Assembly (NCBI RefSeq): GCF_002571385.2
Contig: NW_019218131.1
Location: forward strand, 111,159-175,158
Length of the DNA stretch: 64,000 bases
Reading direction: 5' to 3'
DNA from: Stylophora pistillata
Lineage: Eukaryota
The notes below the pieces were generated by a model. It did no database searches, was not told the origin of the DNA, and was given only the letters and a program-made list of their open reading frames with translations. Below are positions 1 to 11,526 of this stretch, piece by piece (positions within the stretch are counted from its first letter, which is position 1; every line of letters starts with the position of its first letter). The position numbers were made by a program, and so were the translations under genes.

Positions 1-205
1 CACGGTGCAAAACGTGTCCTTTCATTGACAACACTGATAAATATCGGGGCCTAAACGATCACTTCACGTGCACCTCCGCCAATGTAATCTATTGCATAAC
101 TTGCACTTATTGCAAAAAGATATACATCGGCGAAACAGGCAGAAGACTAGGTGACCGATTCCGAGAACACCTTCGAGACGTGGAAAGGAATGACAAGGAC
201 ATATC
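1..205 (+). mobile_element. Penelope-like retroelement remnant (GIY-YIG endonuclease fragment)
   Basis: Translates to RCKTCPFI...HFTCTSANVIYCITCTYCKKIYIGETGRRLGDRFREHLRDV, the VIY..C..C...YIGET.R.L..RF.EH signature of PLE GIY-YIG endonucleases; internally deleted and truncated. Confidence 0.85.
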
Positions 206-1128
206 GAAATGTGTCCTAGAGGAGAAATTTAAGCAAACCAGTTTTCAAAAGTTCAAATGCCCGCGAGAGGGGGATGTTGAAGCTTTTAATTGATGGACGC
301 ATTAATCATCTTAATTAAGTTAAAGAATAAATTGGAGTTAAAGTTATCGTTCTTCAAAGAATTATTTCCACTAGCTTTTTAGCTCTGAAAACAGCTTTCA
401 TCTAACTGTCTCCTTGGTTCAATTTTAGCTAAATAAGGCGCTGATTAGGAAACCCGACAGATTTCTTGGTTACATGTTTTTGTTTGGTTTCGTGGACCTG
501 ATTATTCAGGACACAACGTTTAATAGCATTCCAAGAACGAACAACTTGCCCCCTGAGGGAACTGGCACTAGGTTGAGCAATCCCAATGTCTATTCGGATA
601 CCAGTACTAGCGAAGTCTCGTATCGTGGAACCATACGACCCACAAAAACTTAAATCCCCTTAAGAACAAAAAGAAAAAAACTAATGCACCGACAAGGAGC
701 TCTCCAACAAAAAACCCGCAGCACCTTTTTATCTTTAAATCCAGTAGTGATGAACATGAAACTTCTCCCTACGATATACTTACATTATCCAATAAACCGG
801 TGATGAGAATTACTGAAACTATCACGTAGAAGTTGGTATCTTGATCTAACACCAAATTCTTGTAACTGATTTACCAAGAAACGTGTAGCAGCTAGAGGGG
901 AGAACTAACAATCAAATCTTGGTAGTTTAGGGTGAACAGGTCTTCCCTTCCAGTCATCCCTACTACCATCGATCTCAGTAAAGCGAGAGTACGAAAAAAT
1001 ATCAATGTAGTGGTTATCCTGGGCTAGGAGAAAAAAAATCATACAACTATATCCTCATCGCAGTCGCTCGCAAATGATCGCTTCCTTAAATAGCTTTATC
1101 AATAACTTTATCCTACCATAAAATTTTC

Positions 1129-1200
1129 TAACCAGGTAATATCGATTAACCAGGTAATATCGATTAACCAGGTAATATCGATTAACCAGGTAATATCGAT
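1129..1200. repeat. 18-bp tandem repeat x4 (TAACCAGGTAATATCGAT)
   Basis: Four exact consecutive copies, about 660 bp downstream of the IRS stop codon. Confidence 0.95.
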
Positions 1201-1862
1201 TGGCCAACCATACGAGGAGCAACCCTTGGCCAATTCTCGTCAAGCAACACGATTGTTTTCGGATCCCCCTTCGACCAATTGAGAATAATCCGAGCAATCG
1301 CCGAACACGATCTCGTTCAAGCAGACTTGGAAAAGTTTCACGAGATCTTTAACAAAATGATAAATTCGCCGTAACATTTACCAGCAAATATACAAATCGG
1401 CACGTGCAACATCGCCTTTGACATAACTAGGTACTAAAAATTTTCAATGAAATTTCTTCTATGCTATCGATTTTCAGTCAGCCCTCTGTCAAAAGAAGTG
1501 CTACAGGCTTAACTTTGTACACCTCAGATCCTCTCTGTAACTAACCAAGACCTACTGAAATATTTGTTTAAAGTAGAGAAGAATTTTCATTTTTCGCCCC
1601 GAAGTTTCCACAATGATCAGCCACGAGATATCACGTCTTAATTGGGAATTTTTTTTTTTTTAGGGAAATAGCTACCTTGGACAATCTCACAATTGTGAAG
1701 TTCTATGTGCTCATCCAAACATGAATTCTCTCATGTATTTCCCTGCGTTTCTGTGATCTGGCAGTTTATAGCGATCCATCTAAAATAGGCATGTCACATC
1801 GCCGGCTCACCAAATAGATTGAACAACGAAGTACCAGCTTTCCACCGCTTCTCGCTGTCTAC

Positions 1863-3125
1863 TTAGTTGAAAACAAGAGTATTGGCTGATTCCCTTCTCT
1901 CCTGCCTGGCTTGCCTTATTCCATCAGATTTAGTGAAGTCCACCTCAGCGTACGCACTCCTGACGGGAGCAGATTTCGGCCCCGGAGACCCACGCCGACA
2001 CGAGGTTAAGTCTATGTTCGCAGGTCGTCGGCGCTGACGACTTGGAGACTCCGAAGAGTTCTCGGAATTGCTTAAGTCGAGCATGACGTAATTGAGCTGT
2101 TTGATCTCCTCATCTTCTTGAGTTGTGGTCAGTGGAGCGTTAGTCACAAGCTTTGGCGTCTGTAATCTAGCTGGTTCGCTATCTCTTCTGTTAGCATGAG
2201 GTGATTTTCTCCATCTTTGCCCTTCAACTTGAGGCTTTTCAGGAGAAAACTCGACATTGTCAAGAGCCTTAACTAAGCCGGTGTCTCGATCGTCATTGAC
2301 TAAGAAAACATCATTCTTGCTACTTTCGCAGATCTCCCCAGGAAAAAAATTTACGTACTCGGGCACATCTACTGCGCTCTTGCTTTTTGTAATACCGCTG
2401 AAATCAATGTTTTCGTACGCACGAGGTTTGTCTAATAGGTCGGACTCCAGGCTATGCTTTCTAAAACTGTTGTTCGAGTTTTTCTCATCAATGATCTTTC
2501 CAGGACTATAGTTCACATAACTATGCATATCTTCGTTAGAAGATGAGTCTTCTGAGTTGTTGACACGTTTAAGTAAACTCGGAATTTCAAGAAATTTCCC
2601 CCTGTTTGAAGAATCTGCCCCAGGGGTAAAGTTCACGTAATAACCGTTCGAGTCCTCTTTACGATGTCTCGCATCGGGGTTCGGAGATCGCGATCTCGGA
2701 GAATTCGCCCCGGGTAAAACATTTACATAACTAGGAGATCCGCCTGAGTCTACAGCGAGGGGACACATTGAAACATAATCCTGGCTTGATCTTCTTCGGC
2801 AAGAAGATGGAGACGTTTTGATAGAAACAAATTCACGAATGTCTGGTTTGTTAGGTAACGCACTTTCTGTAGTCCTCAGTTGCCTAGGAGACGACGATTT
2901 TGACTGCTGTACATACCCAGTCCGCGGGCTCGAACTTGGATTCTTCGCAGTTCCATTTTGTTTGTCACTGTGTTGTTTTTGTAGTGACGTCATGTCCATG
3001 TAGCCCCCATTGGGGACTGCGTGCGTCGTTTTTGTGTTCGACTGTTCATTGTCGACGATCGTAAATGCTTTGACAGCCTTGGACTTGCTTGCCTCCATAT
3101 CCACTTAGGAGTCACTGTTTTTGCG
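1863..3125 (-). CDS. IRS: IRS last exon (signalling tail with PI3K YxxM, Grb2 YxN and SHP2-type motifs)
   Basis: Acceptor TATTTTTCCAG at 3126; begins CGC AAA AAC AGT GAC TCC TAA GTG GAT ATG and then continues as the 413-aa ORF to TAA at 1863. Confidence 0.85.
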
Positions 3126-6100
3126 CTGGAAAAATACCATAACATTTTGACAACGATTATCCTCTCCCCCCTCACGGCTGTACTAAAATTTGACATCCCC
3201 CCCTTCCACCGACCTTCAACAACAACCTCGTCTGCGTTCAATTGTGAGTTCCCAGCTACGAATACAAGAACAACTGAACAATGGAACAACGGAATCACGG
3301 GACAACAGAGGATATACCCACATGAGGTACTGCAGTGACAAGCTTAGTTACCTCTGAGGCAAAAGAAAACCTTCATCCTATTGATAAACACGTTTACACA
3401 GGCTACCTTTGTTTCTATCTGTACTTTGTTACATGCAGAGAAGACAAAGATCCCTCTTGGTTTAGCTCATAAACTTCTTACTGTCTTAGAGGTCAGCTAA
3501 ATAAATCACATCTTTTGGACCGAAATATACCGAGCGTCCCCCACCCTCCCCTCCCAGGTGTTGAGTTGACGAGAAAAACGATCAAAGAAACCCATAAGAC
3601 AACAAAGCTTCTGAGCTAAATAATTTTTTACTTACAATTCCAGTTTCTCCATCCATCGCCATGTAATCCTCCATACTCGATGTTTCTCCGACAGTCTTCG
3701 ATCCAAGATTCATGTACACTGTTCAAAATTAAATCACGATTTGTACCGTATTTCTAAGAAAAATATCTGAACGAGTTTCAAAAACAAATCCCTATGAATA
3801 TCAAATCGTCCAACATCTCATTCCCCGTTCAAAAGCCATTGGTCCACTCCCTTGGTTTAAAGTTTTTGAATAGTGTTACTTCCTGGCAAAAACGGTTTAA
3901 GAATTATTGTCGCAACTGAAATTATCAACAGTTAAGGAATGTGTTTGCTAATAAGGATGTAATTTTGCCTGGCAAATGACTAAGTAAATCGATCTCATCA
4001 ACCAAAGGCGCCACGGGTAAACCACTTTGACCGTCCGTAAATTGTAGGGGTAAACATCTCTTTCTCCAAGGCTGGTTTCTCGCGTGATGATTGCGAGAGA
4101 CGAGTTCTTCCACCCACGCAAGAGCACGCACGACCATGGTGCGATGCGCACCTCGAGTGCGCATTGGCAATAGCAGGCACCCGCCTTAAAGATTCAATGA
4201 GAACTCTGGTAAAAACAACCAAACTGCTTAAAGCGCGAAAAAAGGCGAGCGACCAAGTCATGATTGGTTTTGGTTTTGCACCTGATTGGTTGAGTGGCGA
4301 GAGTTTTTCTGCAAAGCAAAACCACGCCATGAATTTTTTTTCTTACCCAGTTGGTCCTCTTTCTGTTCTACAGGTTTTGACGGAGGCTGCATCAATACTT
4401 TATCACCAAAGCCTGAATCTTTTTCTTCTCGGTTCTTGACTGGACTTTCCAAGCTCGTATTCAAGCCTAATGCAGAGGATATAAGTAAAAAAGATCATTT
4501 TTAAATACGTTTAACAGATTTTAGCTGGGACTCAGTGAAGTTTCCCAGAACAACAGAATGTAATAAAAGATTTCCATAGCGCCATATCCATTAGCCCCTG
4601 GCGCTTTACAACAGTTTGCGGAGCACTTTGGCCAAACTGCATGGAGTATATTACAATAACAAGTCCTAAGGGACATGCGCAGAAGACCCGGGTCTCTAGG
4701 GTACAGATAACTTTATAATAAAAAATGAATCCAATGCTCCAATGCTTCAGTTTTATTCTTTGTCCTGAGCTAGCGACAAAACAGATAAAATCTCTCCTTA
4801 TTTGAAGAACACGCATAGAGTCTAGTGGTAAAAAAGGATTTGTTCATAAACCACTCGTTTTCCCGCCCTTTTTGTGGTTTTGCCGCTAAGGACCGCGGGC
4901 TTCGGTACTCTTTTTTCACCAGAAGCGGCCATCTTGGTTTTGTTATGTTTTGAGCTCGAAATAAATTATTTTACTTGACGACCTATTCCTGGTAATTCAA
5001 CTGTTCTGGTATCGAAAACATCAAGTATCTCTCTTATTCCATTCACACAATGTTTTAAGAACAATCTGACATTGCTTGCGAATTTTAAGCTACTTTTCTA
5101 AATCAGATCATTTTGATGTAGGGCATACTTGAGCACCTATTACAGGTAGAGTTGTCAACTCCTCTGCCACAATTAGGGGAAATTAGGAATAAAAATATAT
5201 TTACTCATATCAGATAGGTGAATTCAGTGACAGAATAATTATGAATAGCTTGCGAGCAACCTTCAATTATTATTAGGCTTGCAGCACAGTCGTTTCTCCG
5301 CTCGTGAGAAGATTTTGAGACGAGTCTGGCACTAGTGCCACGCCCCCTGCAGACCTCTAGCCGGTTCGCTTAGCTCGAGGCCTCCTAATTTCCCGTTAGT
5401 AAAGAAACTCTCGTGCCGAAGCGCTGATAATGAGTGCCTGCTTGCGGGCTCAGCGATAAAAGACGCAACTACCTTCCTTTGATTTTCTCCGCGACCGCAA
5501 GCGATTTAACACAGATGGTGTTTTGTTCTTGGGACTTTCAAACTCTGATAAGTTCCGAGTAGAAACTGAGGAACTTATGGTACGAACCAACGGATTAGGA
5601 GAAGTAGGATCGGTGTCTGACCGACCACGACCGGGTGGATATATCATGGCGGACACTGGACGAGGGCGAGTCTTTTTTTTCCCTTCACTTTCACAACGTC
5701 GCCTTGTAATTGGTGGGAGATCAGACGAGGAGATGTTGTGCATCGCGCTGTAAATAATTAAAAGATACAAGGTTAGTGAAATATTACAAGAATTAAGGTT
5801 TTTTACAGGGATCCAAGGTCAAAATTTTCAACCTTTTTTTTTTTTTTCATCTTTGCTGCAGATTTTAGTCTCCAAAACTCGTTCCTTCGCGCCATGGTGA
5901 CCAAAATGGTTACAGCTTAGAGAGGTGGTTCAAAATCACGTGGGTAAAGTTTCACTCCCAAGATCTCATGAGTAATTCTGATTTCTATCTGCCATACAAT
6001 TCTTATGATGTTAGTTTGGAGAATTTGGCATTGGATCGACTTTTACTGGTTATCCCCTAACTGATATATTTTTTCTTCTCACCACTCGTCTGCTTTATAT

Positions 6101-6804
6101 TGTATTGACACTGTGAGGATAAATTCTGTCTTGGTCATCATAGGGAGTTAAAAAGGTTAAGGTAAAACAAATCCAATGAGACTTCAATAAAGTTTGTGTT
6201 CCCTGAGGGAACGAGGAGGATTCCCTGTTCCACAGTTGTGTAGGCCATCACAGTTTACTCTTAGCATTTCATCAGATTTCACTGACAGTTTGCCCACCCA
6301 AAGTAACATGTTTATACCTAGGTGGGCACGGGGGAGGAACTGGTGGAATGTTTTAGGACAGTTCATAGTTTAAATGGTCTAAATCCATCTTTGTTTACTT
6401 ATGCTAGTGCCTTTCGTCCTCTCCGCTCTAATAGTTGTTATAAATTGAAAGTCAAATCAGCTAGATTAAATTGTTACAAGTACTCACTCTTTGTCAGAAT
6501 CGTAACCCTGTGGAATAAATTACCTTAAGACGTAGCTGAAGCAGAATCTCTATGAACATTTAAGACCAAAGTCAAGAATTACCTTTTTAAATAATATTGT
6601 AAATAGTTTTTATAGTAGGAGTGTATATAGTTAAATCGCAACTTAATGTTCTTACATTTGTACATTCAAATAGATGTTTAACTAGATAATTATTTTGGAA
6701 ACACCCTCCATAGGGCTAACCTCTGGTGTCTCCCTTTCTTTCAAATTATTTATTTTTTGCGATTTGATTGAATAAAGTATTATTATTATTAATTATTATT
6801 ATTA

Positions 6805-6874
<70 letters not shown>

Positions 6875-9800
6875 GTATTTCTATCCCCCTCCCCCTTTGA
6901 ATGGAATGGCAGTCCATTGTGAGGTTACCTCCCCTCCCCCAGGCTACCTCCCCTTCCACTGTCTCTCCTGGGCGGAGAGAGGCACTGTGAGAGAAAAGTA
7001 TTTTTCACGAAAAACAGAACACAAGGACCTGACCAGGTCTCTGACTGAGATCTCCCAATTTGGAGTCTAGCATTCTCGCTGCTTGGCCACCATGTCTCCC
7101 CAATTATCCAGGGAACTGTTTAAATACTAATGAACATAATTTACCTCAGTATAGCTTCATGCATGTTCTGTGCAATGATTTGATCATCGACCTGAATCCA
7201 TAGCTCGCCAGCACCAGTGGCTGCGGACCTCCCAAGCTCCATGAAGAAAAAACAGTCTGTGTGGCCACAGCGTCTTATATTGACCAGCTGCAGCTCTGTG
7301 GCTGGTTCTTTGGTATCCTTTTTAACCAATGCTAGGTTGCGAGTGGACAACTGAAGGTCAAACTGACCAGCCAGGTTCCTGCTAGTTCCCAATCCCCTTG
7401 GTTTCACAGCAACAGGCCAGGTTGAGACTATCAGGAAAGAAAGATTAAGAAAAGTAAAGGGGTCATCCAGATGTCACTTGTGAGAGTACAGTCCTACATA
7501 GATTGCTCATGTATACCAGCAAATGGTTGGGATTATTCATTACGAATTTGCTGGTTTTGATGGGAAGGGAGGGGGATCTGCAATGGTCAAGTATTCCTTC
7601 AGGAGAAAAGGCAGTACAATAACTTTTTATATCACAAAAACTTTCATAAGATCTGGCATTTTGACCCCCAAGCAGGGCTCGACACTAACTTTTCAACTTA
7701 CTAGCCAAGTGGTTGGTGACCATCTTAGATGTTATGACAATTTCAGTTTGTTTACTAGCCAAATTGGCTGGTGGAAATCAAAAACCACTGGCCAAAACTG
7801 AAATTCTTCTAGTATGTGTCTAGTGGGCTTCTGTTAGGGTTGAGTCCTGCCTAAGAGTGACCAGCATCTAATTTCTCCTTACAATATCACCCCTGAATTA
7901 AACATTAAGGTTAAAGAAGCTCTCCTTGTCAGCATTATAAGTGTAGCACATGTATAGAGAACAGTATGGAGAATATGCATACTGATGTTAGTGTGTAAAG
8001 GGTTAACTCACTCACACAGTCTGTATCCATTCTAATGAAGGGCAGATGTTGAAAGGTGGAACCCTTTTTTTAATCAATATTTATCCTCAGGGTTGAAGAG
8101 CAGTGCTGTGTGAGACAAGACAGGGCTCAACACTTATGGTAGCCAGCTAGCCACAGACTAGTAGAAATTCAGTTTTGGCTGGTGTTTTTCAATTCCCACT
8201 TGCCAGTTTGGCTAGTAAAATACCCACTTGGCTAGTAAGTTGAAAAGTCAGTGTTGAGCCCTGCAAGATGCTTGCGAAAAATGATAATTTCAGCTACAGA
8301 CTGGATCAGACCTTTGGAGTTTGAACTGGGTGTGACATCCACTGGATAGCACATGACCACTGAAAGGCACTAGAATCATTTTTGATTCCTTACTAGTCTG
8401 AGGTTAAGCAGCCTGCTCAGCTGGAGCTGATCTTAAAGCCACTGGGAGCAATGCTGTTCTCTATGGCCAGCAGGATACAACATATAGAAAGATGTTCTTT
8501 GTCTAGTCATGGGCATGGGAGAAAGAAAAAATTCTGAAGCTTTGGACATTGCCGATCCTAACAGTATGCAGGACACGCGACAAATATGAACTTCCTCATG
8601 GGCCTTGCTGACCATAGAGTCTCTGCGGCTCAGCGGCAGAGCATCAGATTGTGGAATCCGAAGGTCTGGGGTTTGTTTCCTCCTGACGATTCGTATTTTT
8701 TCTTTGTGATTGTCCCACGTTCATGAGTAGATGAAAAACATCTTTCCATATTTCTTTACCGAGCTCAAATTCTTCACAAGGCTAAAACATGTTAACAATA
8801 ACTTAATTAACCCTTTCACTCACAGAAGTGATTAACCGAGAAATTCTCCAGATGACATTCATAAATTATTCAGCAAAATAGGTAATAAGAATATTCAAAC
8901 TTATCAGGTAGAAGTCGTCACCTTGATTTGACATCAAATTCTCCTAACTAATTTACAAGGAAATGTGTAGTAGCTAGAGGGGAGAATTCACAATTGGATC
9001 TTGAGAGTTACGGGGTTACCAGATCTACCAACTTCTGAAAATATTTCAAAACATCTCAATATACTTTGGGTTACGATTTTTTTCAATTTACTTTGGGTTA
9101 AGATTTAGCTGAATTAACAAGTGACCTGGAAAATTCACCATGAGAGTAGAGAGATTATGCCTGGATCAATTTCAAACTTCAATATCCCTTTCCCTCTGGA
9201 AAAATCTGCTGAAAAAACTTTGATCATGAAATCTGGCGTAAATGGGCAGGGAATTTGAACACAATTTTGGGCTCGAGGGGCAGGAATTTGAACAAACCAA
9301 TCCTCAAAAGTTCAAAAGCCCTGGGGGTTGACCATAAAGGATGTTGAAACTTTGAATACATGTGGATCAATGCATTGAATGCATCAATCAAACATCATAC
9401 CATGTTTTGCCTTACAACGTCTAATGAAAAAATTTATAGAAACTGGTTCAGTCTCTATGGTTTGCTGTAGAAGGTAATACCAAATCAATCATTCAGGGTT
9501 TTTTTTTACAAAGCTGTTGTACCAAGCTTGTTAGACCAAAATAAGATTTTTGAAAAATCCAGTTCTTTTTTTTTTTGTTGTTACCTTGACAGATGGTTTA
9601 CTACATAAATATCACTTTGCTTACATTTTACTGATTTGTGCCATTTTAAAGTAAAGAAACATAATTATGTTAAGAGTTGTCATGAAAACAAAAACAAAAA
9701 GGAGCTTTTTGTTAATTTTAATCTTACAAGTCAGCATGGAGCAGTCCTTGCTTCTTTTGAGGCAGTAAAATGGACATTTTGTGAGTTTTTTTTTTTTTTC

Positions 9801-11526
9801 TTGAAAATATAACAAACAATAAAACATCTGAATAGAAAAGATGTTGGCTTTCAGATAACCTACCAGATTGCTGGAAAAATGCCTCATTTCATGAAAAGAT
9901 TTTGCTCAAAATGCAGCTGAAGTCTAAACTACAGGAAACTGTTTAATTAGAATTTACTAATATATATTTTTCAAGGGAGGAGGAGGTGAAATGAAAGTAC
10001 ATTATTTCACGATAAATTTTTTACTTTATAATAATTTCAGTGAAAAGCTTTCCAAAATAATAACTTTACATTTTTAGAAAAATTGACACAAAAATCCTAA
10101 CCCCTCCCCAAGTGAAAAAATATTTCAACCCATCACCTGGTATGGGTCACAACGGGTTACAAACATGCAAGGATGCATGCAATTTCATAATAATTGCGAT
10201 TTCTAATTACACGCATGATTGTATGCTAGGTTGTTAGTAAAGTGAATCGCTCACCAGATGCATTAAGGATTTCATCTTTCCTCTTCTCGACGTTCAAAAT
10301 TTTCATCCAAGCGTTCAATTCGTCCTCTGATTCCGCAATCAAACCAAAAAAATAATCTCGCGTGTACAAAGCAAACACCAATTTGTGCTTCGAGTCCTCT
10401 TTCTTTGCGATGTTTAGGCAGCTTGCAAGGTAGATCACTCGCTTTGGTGGGCCTTTTGAGCGGAATTTTTTCTCGCTCTCGTAGTATTCCAGTCGAGATT
10501 TGCCTTTCCTTGGCGACGAACGAAGAACGAAAAATCGCTTTTTCAGCGTCTGTTGAATAATAACACACGATCTAGGTACTTTGTCACAAATACTTGTCAC
10601 GGATTTCTGAGCGCTGTTGTTGCTGTGTACATTTCCTGAGCTGTAAAATTACGACCTCAAAAAAAATTTTTTTTACAAACTCGAGAAAGAAAAAAATTAT
10701 AACATGCAAAAATAATCAGCAACACCAATCAACAAAGCACAGATTTGCATTCGCATCTGCGCGTTTAATTTCAGTACAAAGCAAAATGACATTGTCTTTC
10801 AATTTTGTTCACATGAGCACTTGAATTTGCAATAAAAACAATGAGTAAGTTTATCAAGTTCTAGGTCCCGATCGTAATAAATAAATAGCAAAAAGATTTT
10901 CAAAAATGAAACATTGAAAGCCTGACGCAAAATTGTAAACGATTTAAACCCACACACAAAAGACAAAAGACAAGCTTTTTGGCTCACAAATCTACTTAAA
11001 GAGGACCTACATGCAGTGTAATTACCCCAGAACGAAACTCGTATATTAATACCTCAATTTATGCAGGGCTTTAAACAATCAAGGTTTTCCTTACAGATGT
11101 AGATAACGATGTATCAAAACAGCTTCACCATTATCAGCGGAAAATCGTTCTCGAGAACTCAAAATTCGTTCAGAATAAAAGCTTCTACGCCTAAACATGC
11201 TTGAGTTTATTGGGCAAGAGTGCAAATTAGACTGGACAAACAATTAAAAGCATTCAAGTCAAACTAACATGACAGACCCCTGGTTGAGCTTCACCACTGA
11301 TCGCAAGTTGCCGCAAAGAAACAACAAAAATACTAAATAACGGTTAAACATTTAGCGTTTACAGCTTACGAACGACGCAAACTTGAGCCAATATTTGTAA
11401 TTTACAACGAAAAGGAACTGCCGATCGAAGAATCAATTGCATAGACTAAGTGCGAACTTTTATCAAAGAGATCTTTACCTTGAGTCTTCGAAGATGCCCT
11501 TCTTTTACAATATCTCCATCGTCCAT
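1863..11526 (-). CDS. IRS: Insulin receptor substrate (IRS1/2/chico-like): PH + IRS-type PTB + Tyr-motif tail; contains an in-frame TAA at 3105-3107
   Basis: Phase-consistent GT-AG exons: 11526-11479 (MDDGDIVKEGHLRRLK; alternative in-frame ATG at 11550), 10549-10255 (TLKKRFFVLR..RLEYYESEKKF, PH), 7427-7145 (IRRCGHTDCFFFMELGRSAATGAGELW, PTB), 5747-5473, 4466-4347, 3718-3636 (YMNL, YMAM), 3125-1863 (YMDM, YVSM, several YVN/YEN, LNYVML, AYAEV). 374 aa to the internal TAA, 788 aa if read through. Confidence 0.92.
6340..6871 (+). mobile_element. 5'-truncated CR1/L2-type LINE 3' end with AATAAA and (ATT)n tail
   Basis: ECFRTVHSLNGL...YKLKVKSARLNCYKYSLFVRIVTLWNKLP resembles the C-terminus of CR1/L2 ORF2 (SF..R....WN.LP); followed by a UTR, AATAAA (6771) and an ATT microsatellite tail. 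Confidence 0.75.
6778..6871. repeat. (ATT)n microsatellite
   Basis: About 30 nearly perfect ATT units. Confidence 0.95.
7145..7427 (-). CDS. IRS: IRS PTB-domain exon
   Basis: WPVAVKPRGLG...LQLVNIRRCGHTDCFFFMELGRSAATGAGELWIQVDDQIIAQNMHEAIL, closely matching the IRS PTB consensus; AG/GT boundaries. Confidence 0.95.
8121..8263. mobile_element. MITE with CAGGGCTC(AA)...(TT)GAGCCCTG terminal inverted repeats (hAT-like); related copies near 7673-7850, 39314-39490, 50033-50507
   Basis: Inverted termini CAGGGCTCAACACT / AGTGTTGAGCCCTG and shared internal ACTAGCCA motifs across copies. Confidence 0.7.
8807..9019. mobile_element. Abundant ~200-bp MITE family with TTAACCC(TTT)...(AAA)GGGTTAA ends (piggyBac-like non-autonomous); related copies near 730-935, 5950-6160, 7850-8006, 16850-17000, 26930-27055, 30365-31445, 34410-34630, 44127-44280, 48385-48600
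   Basis: Recurrent shared sequence (…ATCAGGTAGAAGTTGTTATCTTGATCTAACACCAAATTCTC…AGGGGAGAAT… and …CATCTAATTTCTCCTTACAATATCACCCCTGAAT…GAATATGCATACTGATGTTAG…) bounded by TTAA-CCC inverted ends. Confidence 0.7.
10255..10549 (-). CDS. IRS: IRS PH-domain exon
   Basis: KKRFFVLR, RLEYYESEKKF, PKRVI.L..C.NI.K..DSKHK...ALYTRD..F...AESE.E...W; AG/GT boundaries. Confidence 0.95.

Noticed and set aside
1055-1297. ORF with (LVNRYY)n repeat
   Set aside because: By-product of the 18-bp tandem repeat; non-ATG start and no other coding signal.
3105-3107. Global reassignment of TAA or selenocysteine insertion
   Set aside because: TAA terminates IRS (1863) and the PH gene (43974) normally; Sec uses TGA.
2990-3298. 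102-aa minus-strand ORF as the IRS linker exon
   Set aside because: Different frame from the tail, ends in TGA at 2990, and no splice combination joins it to the 413-aa frame.
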